Below are positions 10,222 through 23,516 of a stretch of DNA of 64,000 bases, piece after piece. Positions within the stretch are counted from its first letter, which is position 1. Every line of letters starts with the position of its first letter. Where the stretch lies: NCBI RefSeq assembly GCF_963921235.1, contig NC_086107.1, forward strand, positions 96,474,001 to 96,538,000. Reading direction: 5' to 3'. The notes below the pieces were generated by a model, which was not told the DNA's origin, did not search any database, and saw only the letters and a program-made list of their open reading frames with translations. The DNA is from Mobula hypostoma. Taxonomy: Eukaryota. Position numbers and translations under genes: made by a program.

Positions 10222-11215
10222 CTGTCCTGGCTCCAATGTTGTTTGTCATATACATTAATGATCTGGATGATGGGGTGGTAAATTGGATGAGTAAGTATGC
10301 AGATGATACTAAGATAGGTGGAGTTGTGGATAATGAAGTAGGTTTTCAAAGCTTGCAGAGAGATTTAGGCCAGTTAGAAGAGTGGGCTGAAAGATGGCAG
10401 ATGGAGTTTAATGCTGATAAATGTGAGGTGCTACATTTTGGTAGGACTAATCAAAATAGCACATACATGGTAAATGGTAGGCCATTGAAGAATGCAGTAG
10501 AACAGAGGGATCTAGGAATAATGGTGCATAGTTCCCTGAAGGTGGAATCTCATGTGGATAGGGTGGTGAAGAAAGCTTTTGGTATGCTGGCCTTTATAAA
10601 TCAGAGCATTGAGTATAGGAGTTGGGATGTAATGTTGAAATTGTACAAGGCATTGGTGAGGCCAAATTTGGAGTATCGTGTACAGTTTTGGTCACCGATT
10701 ATAGGAAAGATGTCAACAAATTAAAGAGAGTACAGAGAAGATTTACTAGAATGTTACCTGGGTTTCATCACCTAAGCTACAGAGAAAGGTTGAACAAGTT
10801 GGGTCTTTATTCATTGCAGCATAGAAGGTTGAGGGGGAACTTGATAGAGGTATTTAAAATTATAAGGGGGATAGATAGAGTTGACGTGGGTAGGCTTTTT
10901 CCATTGAGAGTGGGGGAGATTCAAACAAGAGGACATGAGTTGAGAGTTAAAGGGCAAAGGTCTAGGGGTAACATGAGGGGGAACTTCTTTTCTCAGAGAG
11001 TGGGAGCTGTGTGGAATGAGCTTCCAGCAGAAGTGGTTGAAGCAGGTTCAATGTTGTCATTTAAAATTAAATTGGATAGCTATATGGACAGGAAAGAATG
11101 GAGGGTTATGGGCTGAGTGCAGGTCGGTGGGATTAGATGAGAGTAAGAGTTCAGCACGGACTAGAAGGGCCGAGATGGCCTGTTTCTGTGCTGTAATTGT
11201 TATATGGTTATATAT
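10222..11215 (+). mobile_element. 5'-truncated CR1 LINE (RT C-half)
   Basis: LFVIYINDLD..SKYADDTK..WQMEFNADKC..LVRPNLEY; one frameshift. Confidence 0.95.
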
Positions 11216-11336
11216 GAATGTGTGGCTGAGGGATAGTGCAGGGTGCAGGGTATCATTGCGATCTCTTCAGGGGAAGGTAAGATCTGTGCAAAAAAGGCAG
11301 GTTGCACCTGATCTTCACGGGGACCAATATTCTTGA

Positions 11337-13958
11337 ACATAGAACATAGAATAGTACAGCACAGTACAGGCCCTTTGGCCCACAATGTTGTGCCGACCCT
11401 CAAACCCTGCCTCCCATGTAAGCCCCTAACTTAAATTCCTCCATATACCTGTCCAGTAGTTTCTTAAACTTCACGAGTGTATCTGCCTCCACCACTGACT
11501 CAGACAGTGCATTCCACGCACCAACCACTCTCTGAGTAAAAAACCTTCTTCTAATATCCCCCTTGAACTTCCCACCCCTTACCTTAAAGCCATGTCCTCT
11601 TGTATTGAGCAGTGGTGCCCTGGGGAAGAGGCACTGGCTATCCACTCTATCTATTCCTCTTATTATCTTGTACACCTCTATCATGTCTCCTCTCATTCTC
11701 CTTCTCTCCAAAGAGTAAAGCCCTAGCTCCCTTAATCTCTGATCATAATGCATACTCTCTAAACCAGGCAGCATCCTGGTAAATCTCCTCTGTACCCTTT
11801 CCAATGCTTCCACATCCTTCCTATAGTGAGGTGACCAGAACTGGACACAGCGCTCCAAGTGTGGCCTAACCAGAGTTTTATAGAGCTGCATCATTACATC
11901 GCGACTCTTAAACTCTATCCCTCGACTTATAAAAGCTAACACCCCATAAGCTTTCTTAACTACCCTATCCACCTGTGAGGCAACTTTCAGGGATGTGTGG
12001 ACATGTACCCCCAGATCCCTCTGCTCCTCCACACTACCAAGTATCGTGCCATTTACTTTGCACTCTACCTTGGAGTTTGTCCTTTCAAAGTGTACCACCT
12101 CACACTTCTCCAGGTTGAACTCCATCTGCCACTTCTCAGCCCACTTCTGCATCCTATCAATGTCTCTCTACAATCTTTGACAATCCTCTACACTATCTAC
12201 AACACCACTAACCTTTGTGTCGTCTGCAAACTTGCCAACCCACCCTTCTACCCCCACATCCAGGTCGTTAATCGAAATCACGAAAAGTAGAGGTCCCAGA
12301 ACAGATCCTTGTGGGACACTACTAGTCACAATCCTCCAATCTGAATGTACTCCCTCCACCACGACCCTCTGCCTTCTGCAGGCAAGCCAATTCTGAATTC
12401 ACCTGGCCAAACTTCCCTGGATCCATTGCCTTCTGACTTTCTGAATAAGCCTACTATATGGAACCTTGTCAAATGCCTTACTAAAATCCATAAAGATCAC
12501 ATCCACTGCACTACCCTCATCTATATGCCTGGTCACCACCTCAAAGAACTCTATCAGGCTTGTTAGACATGATCTGCCCTTCACAAAATCATGCTGACTG
12601 TCCCTGATCAGACCATGATTCTCTAAATGCCTATAGATCCTATCTCTAAGAATCTTTTCCAACAGCTTTCCCACCACAGACGTAAGGCTCACTGGTCTAT
12701 AATTACCCGGACTATCCCTACTACCTTTTTTGAACAAGGGGACAACATTTGCCTCCCTCCAATCCTAAAGTACCATTCCCGTGGACAACGAGGACGTAAA
12801 GATCCTAGCCAGAGGCTCAGCAATCTCTTCCCTCACCTCGTGGAGCAGCCTGGGGAATATTCCGTCAGGCCCCAGGGACTTATCCGTCCTAATGTATTTT
12901 AACAACTCCAACACCTCCTCTCCCTTAATATCAACATGCTCCAAAACATCAACCTCACTCATATTGTCTTCACCATCATCAAGTTCCCTCTCATTGGGGA
13001 ATATCGAAGAGAAATATTCATTGAGGACCTCGCTCACTTCCACAGCCTCCAGGCACATCTTCCCACCTTTATCTCTAATCGGTCCTACCTTCACTCCTGT
13101 CATCCTTTTCTTCTTCACATAATTGAAGAATGCCTTGGGGTTTTCCTTTACCCTACTCGCCAAGGCCTTCTTATGCCCCCTTCTTGCTCTTCTCAGCCCC
13201 TTCTTAAGCTCCTTTCTTGCTTCCCTATATTCCTCAATAGACCCATCTGATCCTTGCTTCCTAAACCTCATGTATGTTGCCTTCTTCCACCTGACTAGAT
13301 TTTCCATCTCACTTGTCACCCATGGTTCCTTCACCCTACCATTCTTTATCTTCCTCACTGGGACAAATTTATCCCTAACATCCTGCAAGAGATCTCTAAA
13401 CATTGACCACATGTCCATAGTACATTTCGCTGCAAAAACATCATCCCAATTCACACCCGCAAGTTCTAGCCTTATAGCCTCATAATTTGCCCTTCCCCAA
13501 TTAAAAATTTTCCTGTCTTCTCTGACTCTATCCTTTTCCATGATAATGCTAAAGGCCAGGGAGCAGTGATCACTGTCCCCTAGATGCTCACCCACTGAGA
13601 GATCTGTGACCTGACCCAGTTCATTACCTAGTACTAGATCTAGTATGGCATTCCCCCTTAGTCGGCCTGTCCACATACTGTGATAGGAATCCATCCTGGA
13701 CACACTTAACAAACTCTGCCCCGTCTAAACCTTTGGAACTAATCAGGTGCCACTCAATATTAGGGAAGTTAAAGTCACCCATGATAACAACCATGTTATT
13801 TTTGCACCTTTCCAAAATCTGCCTCCCAATCTGCTCCTCTGTATCTCTGCTGCTACCAGTGAGCTTATAGAATACCCCCAATAGAGTAACTGCTCCCTTC
13901 CTGTTCCTGACTTCCACCCATACTGACTCAAAAGAGGATCCTGTTACATTACCCACCC
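11337..13958 (-). mobile_element. Young CR1 LINE, most of ORF2 (APE + RT) with few lesions
   Basis: ORFs 13624-13956, 12765-13712, 12399-12737, 12168-12362 and 11400-12152 (GDFNFP, PGNYRPVSLTS, DFSKAFDKVP, PQGSVLGP, FADDTK). (ttctatgt)n tail. Confidence 0.97.
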
Positions 13959-15965
13959 TTGCTGGCAGGTTTGCTAGGACTGTTGAGAAAGGTTTAAACT
14001 AGTTTGGCAGGAGTTGGCAGCTGGAGTGATTGGGCAGAGGATGGTGCAGTTGGCATTACTAGTAGATGCACCCCTGTAGAGAGACTGTGAGGAAGGACAG
14101 GCAGTTGAAAGGGGGAAATTGTAGTCAGTGTCTATTTTATCACAAGATGTATCAAGAACAAGGGTGATGAACTCAGAACATGGGTCAGTACATGGAACTA
14201 CGACGTTGTGGCCATTACAGAGCATTGGCTGTCACAAGGGCAGGTAGACTGCTGGATGTTCCAGGCTTAGATGTTTCAAAAGGGACAGGGAAGTTGGTTA
14301 AAGTACTGAGGGAGCGACATTGTTAATCAGGGTTATACTATCACAGCTGAAGACAGGGAGTACGTCGTGGAGGGATTGTCCACTGAGTCAGTATGGTAAG
14401 AAGTCAGAAACTGGAAGGGAGCCATCACTCTACTGGGGCAATTCTGTAGACCTCAGCACCACCCCCACCTCACCCCATAGCAACAGGGACACTGAGGAAC
14501 AAATCAGGAGGCCGGTTTTGGAAAGATGCAAATATAACAGGGATGTTGGCATGAGAAACTTCAACTTATATTGACTGGAATTGACAGAAAGGTGTAGATT
14601 GGGTGGAATTTGTTAGGTGTATCTAGGAAGGGTTCCTGACACAATATGGAGACAAGCCGGCTAAGGGAGGGGCTATAATGGATCTGGTGTTAGGCAGTGA
14701 ACTGGGTCAGGTGTCAGAGTTCTCTGGTGGGTGAGCATTTCAGAGACCAACACTCCCTGACCTTGACCACTGCCTTAGAGAGGGATAGAAGCAGATGGTG
14801 TGGGTAAGTATTTAATTGGAGAAGAGGGAATAATGATAGTATTAAGCAGGACCCTGGGAGCATAAATTGGGAACAGATATACCAAGGGAATGCACAATGA
14901 AAATGTAGACATGTTTTAGGGAGCACTTGCTTGTATGGGGTTCCAGATAGGTTTGTCCCATTATGGCAGGTAAAGGATAGTAGAGTGATCCATGGTTGAC
15001 AAGAGATGTGCAATATCTATTCAAGAGGAAGAAAGAAACTTACTTAAAGTTTAGGAAGTAAGAATCAGACAGGAATCTAGAGAGCTACTGGGTAGGCAGG
15101 AAGGAGCTGAAGAGTGGACAAAAGAGCTAGAAGGAGGCATGAAAAGGCCTTGGCAAGTGGGATTAAGGAAAACCACAAGGCATTCTACATGTATGTGAAG
15201 ACAGGAGGATGGCTAGAGAGAGAGCAGGACCCATCATGGATAGAGGAGAAAACATATGCCTGGAGTCAGAGGAGGTAGGGGAGGTCTTTAATGAATACTT
15301 TGCTTCAGTTCTACCATTGAGAGGGACGTTTATATTTATGAGGACAGTGTAAAAGAGGCTGGAATGCTAGAACGTGTCGACGTTAAGAAAAAGGATGAGA
15401 TGGACGTGTTAAAAAACATTAAGATAGATAAGTCCTCGGGACCGGAGGGATTATATCCCAGGTTACTATGGAAAGTGAGGGAAGAGATGCGTGCACCCTT
15501 ACTGATAATTTTTACATCCTCACTGACCACAGTAGTAGTCCTGATGACTGGAAGCAACTGTTACTTCTTTGTTCAAGAAAGGGAGTGGGAATTATAGATC
15601 AGTGAGCCTCACTTCAGTGGTGCGCAGATCATTGGAGAAGGTTGTAAGAGAAAGGTTTTATGAACATCTTGAGAACCATCATCAGATTAGAGATTGTCAG
15701 TATGGATTTGTGAGGGGTAGGTCATGCCTCATGAGCTGGATTGAAGGTACAGCAGCTGTGGCTGCAGTGTGTATGGATTTTAGTAAGGTGTTCGATAAGG
15801 TTCCCCATGGTAGGCTTATTCAGAAAATCAGGAGACATGAGATCCTGTAACGTGGCTGTGTGGATTCAGAACTAGCTTGCCCATAGAAGGCATAATGGTT
15901 GTAGATGGAAGGTGTTCTGCCTGGAGGTCGGTAACCAGTGGTGCTCCATAGGGATCTGTTCATGA
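13959..15965 (+). mobile_element. Old decayed CR1 (ORF1 end, APE, RT start); its 5' part is at 11220-11336
   Basis: GNYRSVSLTSVV..QYGFVRGRSCL..DFSKVFDKVPH. Sequence is continuous across the 11337-13958 insertion. Confidence 0.85.
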
Positions 15966-16224
15966 ATGTTGTAACACCAGACCAAGAGATAATCTGAAGA
16001 GCTTGAGAGAGGCAAGCCCAGCTCTTTGCTCCTGACATGTGATCCACCTGGACCAGACCTCTGCTGTATCTGGCAGGAAGATCTTCGACTGCCTGTGTTG
16101 CTCATAGATATCATGGCCCATGTGCAGGACAGGGACGTAGTTGTCTGGTCAGCTTGGATCAGTAAAGGAACATATGACAGCCCCTGCCTCCCTTTGTATA
16201 TCTACTCCCAGTGTAGTATTTTTC

Positions 16225-16700
16225 AAGTTTAAGTTCAGGTTTAATTCTCATTCAACCACACACGTATACAGCTAAATGAAACAGCATTTTTCCGGGGTCA
16301 AGGCCCAAAACACGGTATATACAGTCACACACAGCAAACAGCACATATAGTTATAGTCACAATATAATATTAGCACAAATCCCTGAGTGTCATGGCCTGA
16401 AGATTGTTGGTGCATGGGATGTTGTCCTGAAGCCATGTTTCTGCAAGAACAGGTACGTAGCAGTTCCTTATCTCGCATTGGGTCAGCCGCAGATTAGGGC
16501 AATCCAGTTTGTCTTGCGGGGAGCGAACACTGGAGACCTTCAATGATGGGAGGGCCAGGCTGCAGGGACTAGCTCCCAACCCAGCACAGATTCCAGTGCC
16601 CCCACCGCACCTCTGTTCTCTCCCACACTGCGATTAGCACCCCCTCCTCTGGGTAGCTATGACTGGCGACCCTGCAGCATGAGGGCCTGGTCCATGCAAA
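16225..16700 (-). mobile_element. Non-autonomous Rex1/L2-group LINE derivative (APE N-terminus joined to a 3' tail)
   Basis: ALPSLKVSSVRSPQDKLD..EIRNCYVPVLAETWLQD. Second copy at 24990-25405. Confidence 0.6.
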
Positions 16701-17161
16701 AACTGAGGCCACATGGCTCCCCCAAATTCGATCTCACCAATGAACCAATGGAGTGGACTTGCAGTATTTTGTATTGCCCATGTCCAACAGGGTCGTGTAC
16801 TCACAGGAAAACATTTGTACCCAGAGAGGCTGCAGTAACCAAGCTTAATTTTGCTTTTTGGGGAGACCCGGAAACAGACAGGGACCTGCATTCACACCTA
16901 TGTCATGTACTTGAGATTTGGTTGTCTCTGCCCTCACTGTGCAGGGACAACACTCACTGCAGCTACTTTGTGAGCTGTCTCCTCTCCCCCAGTCCACGTC
17001 ACCGGCCCATGATACTGTTCTGCACTGCTGGGCTGTACTATCCACAGATTTGTCAGGCATCTTGTTTTTAAACAGGACATGCATGTCTTCAGGGTGCTTC
17101 TGTTGAATTATTTCCATTTAATGGGTCAAAGCTCTGCATTCCCATATGCAGTCCAGAGCTC

Positions 17162-17965
17162 AAACAACGGGAATTCTGCAGATGCTGGAAATTCAAGCAA
17201 CAAGTGCTACACATGCCCTTACACTTCCTCCCTTACCACCATTCAGGGCCCCAGACAGTCCTTCCAAGTGAGGCGACACTTCACCTGTGAGTTGGCTGGG
17301 GTGATATACTACGTCCGGTGCTCCTGATGTGGCCTTCTATATATTGGCGAGACCCGACGCAGACTGGGTGACCGCTTTGCTGAACACCTACGCTCTGTCC
17401 GCCAGAGAAAGCAGGATCTCCCAGTGGCCACACATTTTAATTCCACATCCCATTCCCATTCTGACATGTCTATCCGTGGCCTCCTCTACTGTAAAGATGA
17501 AGCCACACTCAGGTTGGAGGAACAACACCTTATATTCCGTCTGGGTAGCCTCCAACCTGATGGCATGAACATTGACTTCTCTAACTTCCGCTAATGCCAC
17601 ACCTCCCCCTCGTACCCCATCCGTTATTTATTTTTATACACACATTCTTTCTCTCACTCTCCTTTCTCTCCCTCTGTCCCTCTGACAAGGGTCCCCCCCC
17701 CTGTCTTTCTCCCTGGGCCTCCTGTCCCATGATCCCCTCATATCCCCTTTGCCAATCACCTGTCCAGCTCTTGGCTCCATCCCTCCCCCTCCTGTCTTCT
17801 CCTATCATTTTGGATCTCCCCCTCACCCTCCCACTTTCAAATCTCTTACTAGCTCTTCCTTCAGTTAGTCCTGACGAAGGGTCTTGGCCTGAAACGTTGA
17901 CTGTACCTCTTCCTAGAGATGCTGCCTGGCCTGCTGCGTTCACCAGCAACTTTGATGTGTGTTGC
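17162..17965 (+). mobile_element. Penelope-like element: inverted pLTR piece, GIY-YIG endonuclease region and pLTR
   Basis: CYTCPYTSS..FTCELAGVIYYVRCS*CGLLYIGETRRRLGDRFAEHL..VATHFN..RLEEQHLIFRLGSLQPDGMN. 17162-17200 is an inverted copy of the tail. Confidence 0.92.
17867..17902 (+). ncRNA. Minimal hammerhead ribozyme
   Basis: AGTC-CTGACGA-AGGGTCTTGGCCT-GAAA-CGTT-GACT. Confidence 0.75.
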
Positions 17966-18109
17966 AGTCCTGAGCTGAGAGGTTTATGGATGTTTGCAGT
18001 CAGTGTCAGTGCTGGTCGGGTCTGAAAGGGAGCTGCTGTTAGGTGCCAACCTGACTTGCACTGCCAGGTGTAACCTTTCCCTCAGAACTTCGACTATTCA
18101 TTCCCATGA

Positions 18110-18800
18110 TAAGCACAATGTAGAAGGTTGTTCTGTGGCTGGAGTGAGTGGATGTGACAGAGGAAATGCAGGTGGTGAACAGCTGGCAAACCCAACTCCT
18201 TGTCTCTGACAGGTGATGCACCCGGACCAAACCCCTGCTGAGTCTGGCAGGAAGACCTGTTGCTCAGAGATATCATCACCCATGTGCAGAGCAGGAATGT
18301 GGGTGCCTGCATGGTCATCTCGGACCAGGACGGGGCCTTAGACAGAATATCACACGTGTATACAGTATGGACATGCTCTCTGAAATGGGCTTTGGGGAGG
18401 GAATCAGGAATTGGATCAACAACTGCTCTACACAGACATTTCTAGTGCAGTCCAAGTCAATGCGTGGGAAACATAGCTTCCACGTCAAATCTGGAGTCAG
18501 GCAGGGTTGCCCACTCATAAATTTTTATCTCTAGACAAGTATTGGAGTTGCCAAGATAAAGACATCTACAGCCTGTGTGCTGAAAAATGGGATGAATACG
18601 GACAGGGAATTGGTGATTGTATTGTCAGAGGGGGAAGTAGGGCTCATTTGTGTGTGGTCAGACCGTGAGTTGGTCAGCCTGGCCGATCTCCCATAATCTA
18701 ATGAGCACCATGAGTTATTGAAGCAGCACCATGGGTTGCTGGTCATTCTTACTGATGACTTCAGATTCGAGATTATTAACTGAGGTTGATAGAACTTTAA
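18110..18800 (+). mobile_element. Decayed Tx1/L1-type RT fragment (related piece at 15975-16165)
   Basis: QVMHPDQT..LLRDIITHVQSRNVGACMVISDQDGALDRISH..SGVRQGCPL. Confidence 0.7.
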
Positions 18801-19940
18801 GCTCAGTCCCTGGAGGGCAGTTCAGGTTGTCCAAAGTAATTGTGTTGTTCCTTTACCACACACACAAAATGCTGGAGGAACTCAGCAGGCCAGGCAGCAT
18901 TTTGTGAGCGATGCTTGGATTTCCAGCATCTGCAGATTTTCTCTTGTTTGTGTTGTTCCTTCAAATTGATGTGTTGCCGTTATTTAAAAAAATAATGTTG
19001 AATTGCACTGATATGGTCCAGTTGATTAATGCTGACGTTAGATTATTGACATCACACATAATTTAGGCATTCAGAAACATGTATCAATGAGGTGATAAAT
19101 ATTCTCAGGAGTGCTGAGCCTGTACCGATGTTAAAGCAGAAATGCAAGATGCAAAATTCAACATTCATTTATTACCAAAGAACGTATAAATTATACAACC
19201 TTGAGATCTGCTTGCTCTCAGAATGCTTAGAATGCAAATGGAAATATGAGGGTGTCCTTCAAAAGCAATTTCTTTCCAAAAGGAGCAGTGCTACTACCAC
19301 AGATTATAAATCACATCCTGTAAGGAAAGGGTTAATTGTGATTCCTCCATTACATGCCAAGACAAAATGGAAGCTCGAAGACAAGATGGTGTCAATTTGG
19401 AACGTTGTGATAATCTGGAGAGGTTCACTGGTTCACATCCCTGAGATCAGATAATAAATAATGTTTTCCTCCTGACAAACCGATTGTCTCTGTTTTCTTC
19501 AATTATGTGTCTGGGCTGCAGGTCGTTAGAGATAAGGGGGAGCAGCTGCTACCACCAAGGCATGGAAATGTATTGGGGTGATACGTATGTTGGGTTTCAA
19601 GGAAATCTGAAAGGGTGTAAAAAATGATCACTTTCTTTGTGCTTTGCCTTAGACGAGGTCATGACTGTACTACTGCTATGAGGTGGAGAAGGTAAGAATA
19701 AATACATCAAGGGAGTTAGAGTATGTTAAGTTAGAACGAGAGAGAAAGGGGTGTGAAAAGATTGTTGGATTTGTGACTCTCCTCCAACATTGCAAAGATC
19801 AGCTTGATTATGGATGATGCTCTTTAAGAGATGAGCTCTGTTAGAGTGGATTTCTTTTGGGTAGATGATTTGTTAACACTTAAATGACTTTGGCCACCAT
19901 GACTCTGTCTCTCCGGTAATTTCATCCACGCTACAACATT

Positions 19941-19958
19941 TGGTGTCAGGAGTGGGAT
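19941..19958 (+). promoter_or_regulatory. Primer binding site complementary to tRNA-Leu(CAG)
   Basis: TGGTGTCAGGAGTGGGAT is the exact 18-nt complement of the 3' end (ATCCCACTCCTGACACCA) of vertebrate tRNA-Leu-CAG, 2 nt after the LTR. Confidence 0.9.
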
Positions 19959-20492
19959 ACCTTCGTGACCTGTCATGTGGCCAGCATTCCTAGCAGTCTT
20001 AAGTTGGTGAGTAATTTTCTAAAATAACGTTCACACTTGGATCTGTTTGGTTGATGGACACACGGGAAAACGAGGTATCACGAACGTGGAGAAGTGACTG
20101 GTAGATATAAAAGCAGTGTGTGCATGTGCATGTGTGTTTATATAAGAGAGGAATCTTTGAATGTTAACTTGGTTAACTTGGTTAACTTGGTGAGACTTGG
20201 ACCACCAGTTGCAAAAGGTGGTAACCAATGGTACGGTTTGAGACGCCAGAGTAGGGGCGTGTATACTCGTTCGGGGAGTTGTATTTTAGTGTACGCGTGT
20301 GCAAGTGTGATGCAAAAGAATACAGCAGGCATCATGAGTTCGAGTACTCAGAAGTGGCAGACTGTGGAATACATACTCTGCGGTTTTAAGTATGTACTGT
20401 TTAACTGCTACCCATCTATGATATTTTGCGTAGAGTGGGAATTAGTATGGAGATAGCTCAGGGAGAGGTTTTACCCAGATAGATCTACCAGA

Positions 20493-21777
20493 ATGGCACC
20501 TATTGAGGTCAGGCAACGTCAGGTTGAGAACCCTGATGATCCGAGCCAGCCCTTGACCTTGATTACGACTATTCATAAGCCTTTCACCCCCGGGGAGAAA
20601 CAAAGCATTCTGTCCGAGTTGCCCTCACTTAAAGTCGCCCGTGGGAATTCACAGTTCTGGTGCAAACTCGAGGAAATGGTTGAAATTCACCAGATGCACC
20701 CTAAAGATATACATGTGTTAGTGAAAGACAAGTGCCCGAGGAATATGTGGGACAGGATGGCCCAGGGGGTGCGGGATGGTACATGGGCAACTACTGGGAG
20801 CGCCAGTAATGAAGAAAGATCTCGCTCTTTTAAAGGGGAAGTGAGGCAGTGACTGTGGGGAGGTGAGAGTAGCTGGGGAATGATAATGGCAGTGATTCAA
20901 AAAGCTGACGAGATAGCCATGGATTACGCAGAACGTAAATACCGAGTGTACAAGGAGTATTCAGGGTTGGATAACCCAGGGAGGGACGACCCAGTCTTCC
21001 TAAAAATGCTGAAGGAAGGCCTGAGCTCAGCCCACCAAGAAATTTTAGATTTAGGCATAACGGTAGGGTCCAACTACTCTGAGATAGTTTCGTGGGCCAG
21101 TGAGATAGACGAGAGAAAAGGCAAGAAAAATCGTAAAGTGGGTATAGTGGATGCAGCTGCTGTGATGTCCCGGAGGGCTTGTTTTGCTTGCTGGCAGCCG
21201 GGGCACCCAGCAAAGGACTGCCGGACCAGGTATAAGGCAGTGAAGGATTGATATGTTACAGCTGCGGCCTATCGGGACACGGCTGGAGACAGTGTCCAAA
21301 AGGGAGGTGGAAAACCCAGGCGAAGGCCACGACAGACACCCAGTCACTCACCCCATTAGCAACCAGTCTGACTGTGGATCAGATCAAAGAGTTAGTGACA
21401 GCGCCTCTTAAGGCGGAAAAGGATGTGGCAGCGGGCTCCACGGCCAGCTCTGGTGACTCACGGATGTACATAACGGCATTGTTAGGGGGACGGCAATGCA
21501 GTATGTTAGTGGACACAGGGGCATCGGTATCGATAACAGACTTACCCTTACCAACAACCGGACAGGCCAGTTATATCGGGGTGTAGGAGGGAAAACAGTA
21601 ATAGCAGAAAGAAGCGAGAAGCAAATACTGGAAATCGGGGGAGTGCAGCTTCCAGTGTATTTCTGGGTATGTCCAAATAATGCAGGCACGATCCTTGGAA
21701 TAGACATCCTAAGGGAAGCAGGAGCCGGTATAGATTCGGGAAAGGGAGAAATAATATGGACGAGTCGGGGGCAGTGA
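20493..21777 (+). pseudogene. gag-pro: ERV gag-pro pseudogene
   Basis: MHR-like IQKADEIAMDYAERK, two CCHC knuckles (CFACWQPGHPAKDC, CYSCGLSGHGWRQC), protease LVDTGASVS..ILGIDIL. In-frame stop at 20850-20852 and two frameshifts. Confidence 0.88.
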
Positions 21778-21891
21778 ACGCGCACGACCAACAGAATACA
21801 CGGCCTGGCTGGCATAGCCGCAGCTGTCCCGATCATTAGAGACTGGAGCCAGGATGGTGTCTCTGGGTTACCCTGTCAGCAGTTCCCAGCA

Positions 21892-22890
21892 GTGTGGGCT
21901 AGAGACAAGCAGGATTGTGAGCAGGTAGAGATAGACCCAGTTAAAATAGAGAAGGGTCTGTATAAACCTCCTAAGCAGGACCCTATACAAACTGACACAC
22001 TGACCGCTGTTCGGGGTATAGTGAAGGAACAAAAACACCAGGGGATACTCAGAGAGACTGCGGCCACTCCAGAACATAAAGTTTTCCCAGTTCCTCCGAG
22101 AGCAGACATTACTGCGAATAAGACAGCAGGGGAACAAGAGGCAATTGAAATTGCAAGTGTGCGGGAGGAAACAACAGAAGCCAGCTCAGTAAAATTATAT
22201 GAAGAGGTAGAGGCAGAAGGGAAGGGAAAATGGAGGAGAAAAGGAGCAAAGGAGGGACCAGGTGGGTGCTGGACACATGGGAATGTTGAGAAATTCTGCC
22301 GCCGTTGTATCATTTGTGCCCAGCATAACCCTGGTAAGGGCAGAAAGCTACAGCTGGCAAATCAGCCTCGGCCGAGGGGACCCTGGGAAAACATCCAGAT
22401 AGACCGCACAGGGGCCCTGCCAAAAAGCAGGGGGGAAAGTCACTGTCAACTTAAAGTATTAAAGGATCAAGCGAAACAGCAACAGCGTATCGCTGATCAG
22501 AAAGAGCCAGAGGGAAAGGGGATAGTTCTTCCACAGCCCGGTGACCAAGTTATGGTGAGGGTGCTGCTAGAAAGGCCAGGGTTTGCTCCCAGGTGGATAG
22601 GACCACAGACAGTACTCTTAGCCAATGATACGTGTGTCTGTGTACAGACTCGGCGAGGCAGCCTGTGGAAACACTGGACTCAAGTTAAAGCATACAACTC
22701 ACCCTCTCGTTGCTCCCACAGACGGAGTGGGGAGCCAAGTGTACCCAGTAACCATGTAATTACAGAGAACCTAAGAGAGGAACACCAGCCGGCCATGCCA
22801 GACCTGACCACAGCTGATGAAAACATACCCGCAAAAAACGCCAAGAGCGTGGCAGAAGACACTGAGAACGTGTTGGAAAACCATGAATAG
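21892..22890 (+). pseudogene. pol: Collapsed ERV pol ORF (RT N-terminal stub, integrase Zn-finger end and integrase C-terminus, in frame)
   Basis: VWARDKQDC..; FCRRCIICAQHNPGK..PRGPWENIQID; PGDQVMVR..PRWIGPQTVLL..WKHWTQVK. No YxDD, and the integrase core is missing. Confidence 0.8.
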
Positions 22891-23516
22891 CCTGCTAAAG
22901 TGTGATGACGATGGTACTCTGTAAAGAAAGCTGGTTGCTGAAGGTAGATGATTAATTTTATAGCATAGTTATTTGGGAAATAGATGGGGAGGGATTTTTG
23001 AGTTAAAGCAGAGACAGCAAGTTCCACCACTTCGATGGCATTTCAGACTGCACACGGCATCTGGAAGCAGTCACCCCGAGTCTGAGGAGCTGAGCCCTTT
23101 TCAGCAGTTGAGCCAGTGATCAACGGAACAGTTCGGAAGGGGTTGCCACTGGGGAGAGGTCCTTGCAGACATTTACGTAGGGCACCCCAACCCCTTCCTG
23201 TACATGGATGAGAGAGCCCGTGGGTGCTCCTGGAAGGAGAGTTTCAGTGACCAGAGGATAAAAGGCTGAAGACAAAGGAATATGATTAAGATGCAGTCAG
23301 CCTGCAGGCACATGAAAGGACCTGCATTCCTAAAGACTTGGAACAGCCTCTCTGCTTAACATTTGGTAGGTAATGCTAGGATAGATATTGAGGTACATAA
23401 AATTTGGGGGGGAATTCCGAGACAGGGCATTTTTGCTGCCCTATTTGAGCATATCCTCCTAGGTTGGCCTTTCCTGATACAAATTTAATTTGTCCAGGAG
23501 GGCCAAGAGGAGGGAC

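Noticed and set aside
22890..23516. ERV env gene
   Set aside because: No ORF, furin site, CX6CC or transmembrane segment is recognisable.
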